A stretch of DNA of 64,000 nucleotides from Octopus bimaculoides. Its lineage: Eukaryota. The stretch spans positions 93,696,350 through 93,760,349 of the forward strand of contig NC_068981.1 of assembly GCF_001194135.2 (NCBI RefSeq), given 5' to 3'. Numbering within the stretch: position 1 is the stretch's first letter; every line of letters begins with the position of its first letter. A program made the translations under genes and the position numbers. Under the pieces are notes generated by a model. The model saw only the letters and a list, made by a program, of their open reading frames with translations. It searched no databases and was not told where the DNA came from. Below, one piece after another: positions 51,547 through 63,795 of this stretch.

Positions 51547-51734
51547 CAATATACAAGGTATTAAGTTGCTAGTTAAATATATTTATTGATGTGTAAATTA
51601 GAAAACATGAGTACTAATATATAATTCATTATACTTTATAGAACGCATATATAAATTTGTAAAATTTATACGTGTTCTATATGCGTAAATACATCAATAC
51701 ACGCAGACAAATTCAGAGACATACATACATGCAC

Positions 51735-51818
<84 letters not shown>

Positions 51819-51838
51819 TGAGATTTATAATTATATAC

Positions 51839-51945
51839 AAAATATATAATCATAATGAAAGGTACTTGGAAAAAGTACCAACATGCTAGAAATAGAAGTC
51901 ATTTGGTACTTTTACCAAGTACCCTTCATTATGATTATATATTTT
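51839..51945. repeat. Hairpin with 43-bp arms (2 mismatches) and a 21-nt loop; probable miniature palindromic MITE
   Basis: 51839-51881 versus 51903-51945. Each arm contains its own GGTACTT...AAGTACC palindrome. Confidence 0.85.
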
Positions 51946-52092
51946 ATAATATTTCAGTGACAAACCAAGCTGAGCACTTATAGTATATATCTATTACATT
52001 AAGTCATTAGGCGAAAACCTTTATTATAACATACTTATAGATACTTATAGATATCTATACTACATATATTCTTGTATAAATATGTGAACGTG

Positions 52093-52126
<34 letters not shown>

Positions 52127-52740
52127 NNNNNNNNNNTATATATATATATATGCATGTATGCATGTATACGATTTATATTATGTATGTAAATATATACATA
52201 CATATACTTTATTTTTGCGTCCTAAACTTTGCTAATGGCTAGATATCATTTTAATGGACATTAACAATCTTCCAGTCGAAGTTACTTGACAATATCACTC
52301 AAGAACAGACATTTTTAAAAGCCTGTTTATTGCAATATTAATGGTTGACTTTGTTCTAAATGACAATTCATTAGGTCATACGCACAAAACGTATACCGAT
52401 AGTAGATTCTAAGTTGTTTATTTGATATTGTTGCTGTTGCTCTTTTCGATGGCCTTCGTTGAAGGTTTAGTTATAGTTGTTTCCAGACCTTACAACGTCT
52501 GAGAACTGAGAGAATGTAAAGGCACTGGATGGTAAAGAAAAAAAAAAGAAACATTCACTGATTAAATAGAAGATGAAGATACTGGACTGTTTATATCTAA
52601 TAAGCCGAAATTAAACCGAAGCATTCTAGGGGTGTCAATGTGCTTAAGACAAATCACTGTATTTTCTAATGGAGCTAACCCCGTATTTCAATAATAGCGA
52701 GCCGTCGACTACTGCGATCTGTGGTTGTACGATGACGGGA

Positions 52741-52903
52741 ATATCCTTTTCTACTCTAGGCACAAGGCCCGGAATTTTGACGCAGGTGGTGGGGAACTAG
52801 TCGATTAGATCGACCCCAGTACGCAACTGGTACTTAATTTATCGACCCCGAAAGGATGAAAGGCAAAGTCGACCTCGGTGGAATTTGAACTCAGAACGTA
52901 AAG
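52741..52903 (-). mobile_element. 5'-truncated SINE family A
   Basis: atcgaccccagtacgcaactggtacttaatttatcgaccccgaaaggatgaaaggcaaagtcgacctcgg. Confidence 0.9.
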
Positions 52904-55140
52904 ATCATTCTGATCAGAACTTCGTGGCGTTGGGGTAAATTTTAATCCTTTAGTTAGTATACTGATTTTTGTTGCAGAGAGAGTTTTCTTCGATAAATTT
53001 CTTTGGGTTTACTCTGTATGTTTCGTTCCAATCAAAGAAGCAGACAAAGGAGGGTGGAGAAAACTGTACTACAGTGTGAACCAATGTTACCCACACATTC
53101 CCTGATCCCATAAATGCTACCCAGCACGGTTAGCGAGAGAGAGAGAGAGAGAGAGAGAGAGGGGGAGAGAAAGAGAGGGAGATGAAGGAGAGAGAGACAT
53201 ACAGACAAACAGACAGACAGAAGCAAAATCGTAATGATCTCCTCGACAGTATAAGAAGGGAATGTCCCGCAGTGCAATTTGTATGCAAACTCATAAACAT
53301 ACGAATTTTATGCAAGTACTGAATGGTGAGAATAAAAGACAATAAGAGCAATAAAAAAAGTAAGCGAGAGAGAGAGATAGGGAAGAGAAGGAAGTAGAAA
53401 GAGAGAGACAGAGTCAAAAACTGTCTAAGAGAGATGCTCGTAGCCAAATTAATAAAAGCTATTATAAAACTCTAATGATTAAGTAGAATGGAACTGTTTT
53501 TGATTATTTCATTCAAATCAACCAACGATAACTTCTAAATTTAGTAATATAAACAACTTCGAACGGAAATTGTGATTTTCTTATCTGCCAATTTCAGATA
53601 ATTTTCAAAGAATAGATGAAGTATTAATCCACTCAGAAGCACTTTAATATCTGCAAGTTTCTGCCAATTCGAAAATTATAGGGGATAAATACCCAATGAG
53701 GTGAATCTGTTTTAAACTGGTTTAAGAGAAGCATCTCACTTTCTGGATAGAAACACCAGTTCATTCTTCACTTTTTGTTTCTTCAATTATTTTGTTTCGT
53801 GCTTCTTGTGTNNNNNNNNNNNNNNNNNNNNNNNNNGTGTGTGTGTGTTTTGTTGGTTGCAGGTTTTAAACAGGCCAGTCACAGGTTCACAGCATTTGCG
53901 ATGGTGGTACTGTCATAGAAGCACCTGGTAAAATTTCAGCAGAACAAATAGCAAAAGATTTTTTAAAGGCACTTCTTTATCTGTGTAAAATATACACAGA
54001 CACAAGCACGCACTCATACACACACTCGCACATGCATGCATACTCACCGTTAAACACATACACACACGTAATACATACACACGTAGAGGTTGATAGCTAC
54101 ATAGGATGATAAAGACACAGATAGTTGCATACACACTTACATGCATACGTACGCACATACGAAATGCCGTCGAAATCAGTTACGTCGGTATAAAGGAATT
54201 ATTCATTTTTCCGCGATGAATTTTATCCTCTAGAACTTTTGCCATTGATACAAGCTTGATAAAAAAAATTTTAAAAAAACGTTTATCTTCTTTGTAAATA
54301 TTCACAAAAGCACTTTTTTTAAGAAACATTATAGCGGAGATTTACTGAAATTCAGTGCACAGGATTACTTTTATTAATCCCATGGCTGGACAAGAGCTGA
54401 GGTCAGCTATTGCAGGTCGCAGAATAATCACGGAAAAATTCAGTGGGTTTTTGAATTTAACTGAGATCTGTATCAATTCTATAAAAAGGCTAGGAAAGAT
54501 CTATCGATAGTTTGCCTGAATAGGATGAAGAATAACAGGAATCTAAAATACCCCATCTACTCGAGCTTCAGTGCCAAATAACTATAACAACAGGCAACAT
54601 TCGTTGATAAAATATTTACTGTTATCGTCACAGATCACTAGAATCACACAGTAAATAAGAGTAGGGTTAGAGCAGAGAATTCATTTCCCGAGAAGATCGT
54701 AAACAGCAGGGCTGCAACCGATGCAATAAACATAAAACTGAGATGAACAGTGTCATTACACGAACGAGCTGTTACCGATTACGAACAGAAAATGAGTGGT
54801 CATATTTATCTCCACTTAAAGGGGGATGCTCTATAAGAACAAACTATACTGCAGGAGTTGCCATGAAAGAAACTCTCATATTTTATTTTTGTTTTTCTGT
54901 TTGTTTGTTTTTCATTTTGCACCAAATAGCCAATATGAGAGTTTCTCTTGTGGAAACTACAGCACTATAGTTTGTTCTAGTAGATCATCCACGTTTAAGT
55001 GGAGATAAATATTACCTTTTGGTATTAATACTGCCTNNNNNNNNNNNNNNNNNNNNNNNNNNNNNNNNNNNNNNNNNNNNNNNNNNNNNNNNNNNNNNNN
55101 NTATATATATATATATTTAAGACAATGAGCAAAGAATGGA

Positions 55141-55451
55141 GCACTCCGTCGGTTACGACGATGAAGGTCCCAGCTGATCCGATCAACGGAACAGCTTGCT
55201 CGTGAAATTAACGTGCAAGTGACTGAGCAATCCACAGACACGTGTACCCCTAACGTAGTTCTCAGGGAGATTCAGCGTGACACAGAGTGTGACAAGGCCG
55301 GCCCTTTGAAATACAGGTACTACTCATTTTTGCCAGCTGTGTGGACTGGAGCAACGGGAAATAAAGTGTCTTGCTCAAAGACACAACGCGTCGCCAGGAA
55401 TTGAACTCACGACCTTACGAATGCCCCAACCACTAAGCCACGCGCCTTCAC
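55141..55451 (-). mobile_element. SINE family D, near full length
   Basis: Tail almost identical to that of C at 2270-2450, and central domain as in B and E. Confidence 0.9.
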
Positions 55452-56094
55452 TGAACAAAGAATACAAACACTTGAAATTACACTAAACAACAAAATTCAC
55501 AAGGTCATATCCTTTTTATCATTTCTTTTAACCCCTTAATCAAACAGAGATGGGAAATCCACATAAGCCTTAATTTTTCCAGGGACTCGTAGACACTGGA
55601 GGACGAAAATGCGGAGGCTATCCTCAAACTGGAAATATTGTCTGAATTTTTCAAGTGTGAACTCCATTAAAGACACCCAACGGCTAGGTTAATTATGTTA
55701 GATTGGTCGACGTCCCATACTCTAACAAATTTCGCCGATCAACAGCTCTCGCTGGTGCTTTATTTTATCGATCCCGAAAGGAGGTAAGGCAAATTTGAAC
55801 TCAATAGGAATTGGGCCCAGATCACAGACACTCAGAAGAGATACTACAAGGAATTTAACAGTATTTCTAACTTGAAGGAGAAACCGAAGAGGGGAGATCT
55901 AACGATTCTTCCGCTCCTTTCATTTCCCGTAGAATGTAGAGATTTTGTGCTCAACTAGAAAAACAAATGTACATTCAGCCTAAATATGATACTGTTGATG
56001 GTGGTCTTTGCACTTTAATAAGTCTTTGATTAATCATAGCAAATTTAAGGTTAGAATTAGTGTGTATTGGAGATTTAGCAGCAACGAAGGGTGC

Positions 56095-56096
56095 GT

Positions 56097-56144
<48 letters not shown>

Positions 56145-56227
56145 CAGCAGCAGTATTAGTAGTAGTAGTAGTAGTAGTAGACCAAATAGAAGACAAGATG
56201 CTAGCAATTGCAGCAGTAGTAGTTTTG

Positions 56228-56284
<57 letters not shown>

Positions 56285-56684
56285 TAGGGAGGTCAATTTG
56301 CAGAATTATTAGTGTCAAACAGTTATCTTGTAGCATTTTATTGCGGCCCTGTGTTCAAATCTCGCCAAGATCGACTTCACTTTCCATCCTTCTGGAGACC
56401 ATAAAATAAAGTACTTGTTGATTCCTCTCTCTACTTCATCCTCCCTCTCTATCACTTTCTCTATCTCTATCTCCCTCCCTCCTTCTCACTCTCTCTCCCC
56501 CTCTCTCTCTCTCTCTCTCTCTCCCTCAGAATCCTTTTGCGCTGCACTGTGAGTAGGACGCCGTATAATAATTACACTTTTCCTCTTCTTCAAAACAACT
56601 ATCTTCATTCTATCTCAGTGGAGAGAATGTGGTTGCCGAGGCTTTGGCAAGAGTATGGCCCACGACCATGATCGTGAAGATGAC

Positions 56685-56760
<76 letters not shown>

Positions 56761-57004
56761 TGCGGGCGGAGGAGGAGGAGGAGAGGAAGAGGTGGAGGAG
56801 GAGGAGGGTTAGAGATGACGGCGATGATAATGATGATTAGAAATTGTAGCAGCAGCGGTAGCAAGAGTATAGTAGCAGCAACAGTAGCAGCAGTAGTAGT
56901 AGTAGTAGTAGTTGTAGTAGTAGTAGTAGTTGTAGTAGTAGTGGTGGTGGCGGTGGTGGTGGAATGGTGGTGGTGGTAGTGGTGACGGCGGCAGCGGTAG
57001 CAGA

Positions 57005-57085
<81 letters not shown>

Positions 57086-57159
57086 TGTAGTGGTGGTGGT
57101 GTTAATGGTGGCGGTGGTGGGGGCGGCGGCGGCGGCAGCGGTAGCAGAAGCAGCAGCAA

Positions 57160-57216
<57 letters not shown>

Positions 57217-57285
57217 ATAATGATGATCAAGTAGAAGATGAAAAAAACGCAGTAGATGACGGCGATGACGATGACGCTGCGTGAA
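56095..57285. repeat. Compound trinucleotide microsatellite field: (TAG)n, (CAG)n, (GAT)n, (GAG)n, (GGT)n, (GGC)n
   Basis: Seen directly. A decayed SINE A head lies at about 56290-56415. Confidence 0.95.
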
Positions 57286-57832
57286 CAGTATTACTGCTGA
57301 TATTGAAGTAGGTTTTTCGAAATCTTATTAAGTTCTTGATAAGATATGACATATTAAAACAACTACACATGCCCATTCATACACACTCACATATATACAC
57401 AAATACACGCACACAAATACACACGCTCATCAGGCACACGCTTAAGTATGTAAAGTGCAGGAACGAACAACGAGGCGAAAGAAAAAAAATGTTCATAAGT
57501 ATAAATGCTGGTCAGTCAATAAAGTAACTATGGTAACAATAGAAAGTGCTGGTTCTTTGAAATCATTATACAATCTATTCAAGATCTGTCACCACCGAAT
57601 ATATCTAGTATTTATCATTCTTGTTGTTATTGCTGCTATTTAGCTCTAGGACATCCCTAGTCGAGCAGATCAAAAGTATTTCGATCATGACAACCTTGTC
57701 TTATTTAAGACCACTTTGTTTTCCTTATTTCGGGTGACAGTGTGCGATTTAAGAAGGATTTGGTTGCTATTTCCAGCAACTAGGTAAAAAATTCCTCGTC
57801 GTCTTGAAAATCTGTTATTATTAGTATCACGA

Positions 57833-58012
57833 TTAAGGAAGTGAACCGGTAGAATCGTCGGCGAGCCACACAAAATGCTGTTAAGCATTTCCTCCGTTTT
57901 TATAGTTTGAGTTCAGATTCCACCGAAGTCGACTTTGCCTTTCATCTTTTCGGGGGTCGAGGTTCTCGATTTACCTATTCCCCCGAAATTGCTGGCCTTA
58001 TGTCAAAATCTG
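57833..58012 (+). mobile_element. SINE family A copy with internal deletion
   Basis: gagttcagattccaccgaagtcgactttgcctttcatc...cccccgaaattgctggccttatgtcaaaat. Confidence 0.8.
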
Positions 58013-58051
58013 TTGTAGTTGTCATTATTATTATTATTACTATTATTATTA

Positions 58052-59240
58052 TGTGAGAGAGCAGTGCATGCCATAAAAGTGACACTGGGGTAAAATATAC
58101 GAAGCCCAGTATACCCATCATGACTACCCGTCTGATAAGGGTACACCAGGCAAATGCATCACAACCATATGTGCGCGACATGGTGATCTCATATCAAGAT
58201 AAACAGCGCATGACCTCGCAGGTAGGGCCCAGTTAGAATTTTCTTCAGGTCGAGTAGCCCATCCCTCTCAAAAGATACCTGAATAAGGTTTGTTTAAGGA
58301 TGTTGAGCAAGACACCTATGTTTCCAAAGGTGAATTATTCAAACCCCAAAGAATTCCTCTCAACACATGGCTATAATGCTTCCCCACTATTTCTGCTCAT
58401 GATCAGAGATGCACATATCGTCAGCCACCAAGGGACATGCTCAACTGGTTACGGTCAAACAACTGACAAGCAAATCTGTGGTATTGAGCAGAATATTTGC
58501 TGTAGNNNNNNNNNNNNNNNNNNNNNNNNNNNNNNNNNNNNNNNNNNNNNNNNNNNNNNNNNNNNNNNNNNNNNNNNNNNNNNNNNNNNNNNNNNNNNNN
58601 NNNNNNNNNNNNNNNNNNNNNNNNNNNNNNNNNNNNNNNNNNNNNNNNNNNNNNNNNNNNNNNNNNNNNNNNNNNNNNNNNNNNNNNNNNNNNNNNNNNN
58701 NNNNNNNNNNNNNNNNNNNNNNNNNNNNNNNNNNNNNNNNNNNNNNNNNNNNNNNNNNNNNNNNNNNNNNNNNNNNNNNNNNNNNNNNNNNNNNNNNNNN
58801 NNNNNNNNNNNNNNNNNNNNNNNNNNNNNNNNNNNNNNNNNNNNNNNNNNNNNNNNNNNNNNNNNNNNNNNNNNNNNNNNNNNNNNNNNNNNNNNNNNNN
58901 NNNNNNNNNNNNNNNNNNNNNNNNNNNNNNNNNNNNNNNNNNNNNNNNNNNNNNNNNNNNNNNNNNNNNNNNNNNNNNNNNNNNNNNNNNNNNNNNNNNN
59001 NNNNNNNNNNNNNNNNNNNNNNNNNNNNNNNNNNNNNNNNNNNNNNNNNNNNNNNNNNNNNNNNNNNNNNNNNNNNNNNNNNNNNNNNNNNNNNNNNNNN
59101 NNNNNNNNNNNNNNNNNNNNNNNNNNNNNNNNNNNNNNNNNNNNNNNNNNNNNNNNNNNNNNNNNNNNNNNNNNNNNNNNNNNNNNNNNNNNNNNNNNNN
59201 NNNNNNNNNNCCTTCTTAGCCAGGACTGGGCAGCCAGAGA
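58052..59240 (-). mobile_element. Unclassified (TAA)n-tailed element (same family as 1-150), embedded in (TTA)n and partly in a gap
   Basis: Reverse-complement match to 1-150. (TTA)n runs at 58024-58051 and 59250-59380. Confidence 0.7.
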
Positions 59241-59250
59241 TAATAATAAA

Positions 59251-59307
<57 letters not shown>

Positions 59308-59310
59308 TAC

Positions 59311-59361
<51 letters not shown>

Positions 59362-59380
59362 CATCATTATTATTATTATT

Positions 59381-60308
59381 AAGGTAATGAGCTGGCAGAA
59401 TCGTTAGCACGCTGGACGAAATACTTAGCGGTATTTCGCCCGTCGCTACGTTCTGAGTTCAAATTCCACCGAGGCTGCCTTTGCCTCTCATCCTTTCGGG
59501 GTCGATAAATTAAGCACCAGTGAAACACTGGGGTCGATGTAATCGACTAGTTCCCTCCCTCCAAATTTCAGGTTTTGTGCCTATAGTAGAAAGGATTATT
59601 AGCAGCACTATTGAGGAGACAAACTGGCAGAGTCGTCAGCAAGCCGGACAAAATGCTTATCAGCTTTTCTTCTAGTATTATGCTCTGAGTTCAAACACCA
59701 CCGAAATCGACTTTGCCTTTCATCCTTACAGGGTCGATAAAATGAGCACCAGACGAACACTGGTGTCGATGTGATGACTTACCCATTCCCAAAATATTGC
59801 TGGTCTTGCGCCAAAATTTGATACGATGATTAGTATCACTTTTAAGGAAATGAACTGGTACAATAGTTAGCAAGTCAAACAAAATGCCTAGCATTTCGTC
59901 CGTCTTTGTGTTCTGAGTTCAAATTCTGCCGAGGTCGACTTTGCCTTTCGTACTTTCGGGGTCGATAAAATAAATACCATCTGAACACTGGCGTCGATAT
60001 AATCGACTAATCCCCTCCCTCTGAAAATCTTAGGGTTTGTACCCTATGCTAGAAAGGACTATTAGTAGCACTATTTAAAGCGGCGAGCTTATAGAATCAT
60101 TAGCGCTCCCGATAAAATGTTTAGCAGCATTTCTTCCCTCATTAAGTTCTGAGTTCAAATTCTTCCAAGGTCCACATAGCCTTTTATCTTTTTCGGGGTC
60201 GATAAAAATGAGAACAAGCTGAGCACTGAGATTGATGTAAGCGACTAACCCTCCCACAGAATGTCAGGCCTTGTGTCTAAAGTAGAAAGAATTATTAGGA
60301 GCTCTATT
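59381..60308 (+). mobile_element. Array of four head-to-tail SINE family A copies, each followed by the same 18-bp linker
   Basis: Copies start at 59381, 59613, 59844 and 60076. Linkers (consensus ATTATTAGTAGCACTATT) at 59595, 59826, 60058 and 60291. Confidence 0.9.
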
Positions 60309-61385
60309 TTAAGCTTTGATGCAAAATAATCGAATAGACGATGTGTCTCATATTGAAAGCTCTCAGCTCTACACATTTCGTTATGTTTTTGGTCAGGACA
60401 TTATTTACATGACTGAAAATCGAAAACTTCGTGTCTGTATAAGAAATCAATATGTGTACAAGCTGCTTTTTTAGGGTTAAAATGTTTGAAGTTGATGTAT
60501 CTATGAATTGCATGAAAGTTATCTTCGTTTTCAGTAACTTATAGAAAATCAATTATTAGAAACATAAAAGAGTAAGTCTGTTAAAATTTTCTATAAAAAT
60601 AAATCTCTGGTCTGTTTATGCATGTTAGTGTATCTGCCCTTATGGAGAGTTCATTGAAAAGTTCGATAACTTCTGCTGCCCTTGACCTTCATCTGGGCAT
60701 GATGAAAAGAGACCAAATCATTTTGTGGGCAATATATGATGAAGGTATTGAAATGACGGAGTGATGTAGAATTGTATAATAGGAAGGGGTGAGAGGCCGA
60801 GAGAAAGGCAATGTGAGGGTGGGGAGAAGTCTGAGGTTCGAGGTGACGAATGAAGTAGTAAAATTGGAGAGGGAAGATATTGGAAAGTCAATGCCTTATA
60901 ACAAGTACTACGAAAAAGGGTTGTTCAAGTAACGAACTGAAGGAGGGAAAGTTATGTAAATGGAGAAAGAAACAACGAGCAACAACAAGGAGAGAGTCAG
61001 TTAAACAGTAAAAGGTACTCATAGTATTTTTATATTATTGTTTATAGAGGAGGGTGGAAACGCTACAGAAATGTTGATAGAATTTGATACGAAGTGAACA
61101 GAGGAGGGAAACAAAAGAATTGGAGTGGGTAGCAAGAGTCACAACCTCAAGCAAGATAAAATGAAAATATATAGTTCAGGTAAAGAGAAATGAGAGGGAG
61201 AAGTGGTTAACGGAGGGAAATGCTAAAAGAAAATCTGACCTTTAAAATCTATTAACGTGAAGGCGCGGAAGAATAATTTTAATTTAGAATCATTAGTAAA
61301 GACACATACATAAATTCCTTTATTTATAAGCACCCACAAATAAACACATACATACATACATACATATATACATACATACATACAT

Positions 61386-61430
<45 letters not shown>

Positions 61431-61446
61431 TCTGTGTGTGTGTGTA

Positions 61447-61479
<33 letters not shown>

Positions 61480-61716
61480 TGGAGAATTTGTTTTGGGCGT
61501 TTGAAAATGCTCTAGGCATCTAAAAATATGTAGTCGTTTATAAATTTTGTAATAAATTTATTCAAATACCAAACCGGTTTCGACAACTTTTGTTTATCAA
61601 TAGTGAAAAATAAATAAATCCTCACTTGTCATTTAAGCAAATTATAATGCATTCGAAATAATTTCTTTAAAAGGCATACACATCACACACACGCGCGCGC
61701 GGGCATGTTTATACTG

Positions 61717-61830
61717 TTTATACTGTTGTACAAATATATACAAAAATATACTGTTTATATTGTTATACAAATATATACAAAAATATATACAGTTTATACT
61801 GTTGTACAAATATATACAAAAATACAAATA
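61717..61830. repeat. Minisatellite of about 38 bp, 3 units (tttatactgttgtacaaatatatacaaaaatata)
   Basis: Seen directly. Confidence 0.85.
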
Positions 61831-62830
61831 CGCAAGAGTATAGGAATTCATACATACATACACACACGCATACTTATACATACATGCATGCATGCATGCA
61901 TACATACATACATACATACATACATACATACATACATACATACACGCATGTGACCTTTTTACTCATTGAACCTAGGAAAATCTTATAGAGGGAACTGAGT
62001 GGAGAACATGGTGAGTGGGGTTTGGAAAAAGGGGGGATGAAATGTAAGGAAATTGAATACACATTCATATCTTAGTGAGCAGATGTTACTAAGTTGAAGA
62101 TGAATTCTATCAAGTCAAAAGAAAAATTTGCTTGCTTGTCTTTTATGTTCCTTTGTGAGTCAGTATGGAAGAAGAAGGAGAGTCAAAAGTATGTTTCCTG
62201 TAAGTTAAATTCACAATTTGATTTTGATTCTCTCTCATGTGGCTAATTCCTTTGTGAAAAGCATGAACGTCACAACTGGTTTCATCGAAACCAAAAGCAG
62301 CATTAACCTAATGAACAAAATATATGTATCAAAAGTATTGCACTAGTGAATTCAAAGATACAGTCTTCAGCGATGCCACAATTCCACTGTTACATGTAGG
62401 ATAACGGTATCAATATGTAATATTTTTATTTTCTTTTACCTCTTTTTCTTTGGAGTTTTGATGCAACATTATACCCTTTGCAACATATATAAAATAGTAT
62501 CCAACACAGATATTTTAAGTATTAGTTTCTATGATGATGGTATCACTGAGTTATTTCATTTTGTAAGTTATTTCCTAAAATTATAATTTTCACGCCAACG
62601 CGTGTACAGTCTTGTCATCTTCTTAGTGACTTTGTCATCATTAATTCAATACATATAATGAAGTCAATGCTTCCCTATAGAGATCCAATATATTGCTGTA
62701 TTTATTGAAATCATTAAAATAATATTAAATCATAGACTATTGTCTTTTCTATTATTGTCTTTAACTCTTTAATACACACTGCATTAAATATGGTAACACG
62801 AAATAGGCTGGTTTAGAGACAAATAACATT

Positions 62831-63042
62831 TCTACTACAAGCACATGGCCTGAAATCTGAGGGGAGGAGACGAGTCGATTAGATCGACCCCAGTACGCAA
62901 CTGGTACTTAATTAATCGACCACGAAAGGATGGAAGGTAAAGTCGACCTTGGTGAAATTTGAACTCAGAACATAGTGACGGGTGAAATACCGCTAAGCAT
63001 TTCGTCCAGCGTGCTAAAGATTCTGCCAGCTCGCCGCCTTAT
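62831..63042 (-). mobile_element. Full-length SINE family A with perfect 19-bp TSD
   Basis: TTTAGAGACAAATAACATT at 62812-62830 and 63043-63061. Confidence 0.92.
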
Positions 63043-63341
63043 TTTAGAGACAAATAACATTGATCATGTGATTTATTTGAACACAATCTGCAGGAATATG
63101 AGTCAATGTATTCGTAGTCATTTAGATACAATTGTTATTGTTGTTGTTTCAAAACTACCCCTTGACATTGTCCCCAAACAGGCATCAACTGCATACACCT
63201 AATATGTTATTATTCATTCCCAGGTAGTTGTGTCATAGACCAACTCTAGAAACCACCACAACTATCCATTTCGTTACTCCACTATTCGTCCTCTCTTTTT
63301 TTATATTTGAATTTGCATGAATTATTTTAGTTGCTTAGATT

Positions 63342-63795
63342 ACAGATGAGTAAACTACCAAGGAGTGAAATTATGTGGTTAAAAATAGCAGCCAAAGCTC
63401 TCCAAATCATACCTTGTTGTCTTGACGAAAATTAGTCGGAAAACATACTCTCATAAATGGAAAGTTAGGAGGGATTTCCTGCTTTTGCCAATCTATGTTC
63501 GACAGGAGCTAACACGTGGTCAAACAGCGGTATCAACAGATAATTAAAGTAGGCAGAATTCTTTCAGCAAAACTATGACAGATGAGTAAACTACCAACTA
63601 TGTAGTTAGAAATAGCAACCAAAGCTGTTGTCTTGAGGAAAATTCGTTGGAGAACATACTCTCATAAATGGAAAATTAGGGATTATCTTGCTTTTTGCCT
63701 CTCTATGTTCGTCAGGAGCTAACCCGTGGTTAAACAGCGGTATCAACAGATAATTAAAGTAGGCAGAATTTAACATCCTTCAGCACAACAATGAC
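63342..63795. repeat. Tandem duplication of a unit of about 220-240 bp
   Basis: Both units start acagatgagtaaactaccaa and share aaacagcggtatcaacagataattaaagtaggcagaatt. Confidence 0.9.

Larger units (their letters stand above)
5818..59210. other. Sixteen assembly gaps (N runs)
   Basis: 5818-6194, 10877-10948, 13550-13772, 14584-14741, 17516-17605, 18682-19502, 26012-26147, 33345-33586, 38013-38671, 41407-41666, 42345-42369, 47219-47956, 52127-52136, 53812-53836, 55037-55101, 58506-59210. Confidence 0.98.

Noticed and set aside
5682-59407. Many ORFs containing X runs or CV/HT/YI/II homopolymers
   Set aside because: Artefacts of N gaps and microsatellites.
59381-60308. Repeat-spacer periodicity resembling a CRISPR array
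   Set aside because: The long units are homologous SINE copies rather than unique spacers, the DNA is eukaryotic, and no cas genes are present.
60310-61220. Purine-skewed segment with broken minus-strand frames
   Set aside because: Possibly an ancient element, but I could not identify any diagnostic motif.
61570-61606. Minus-strand TTGATAA...GTC-GAAA-CCGGTT hammerhead-like motif, also U3/A8
   Set aside because: G10.1 is missing and stem I is only 4 bp. Too degenerate to call, but worth including in a relaxed family search.
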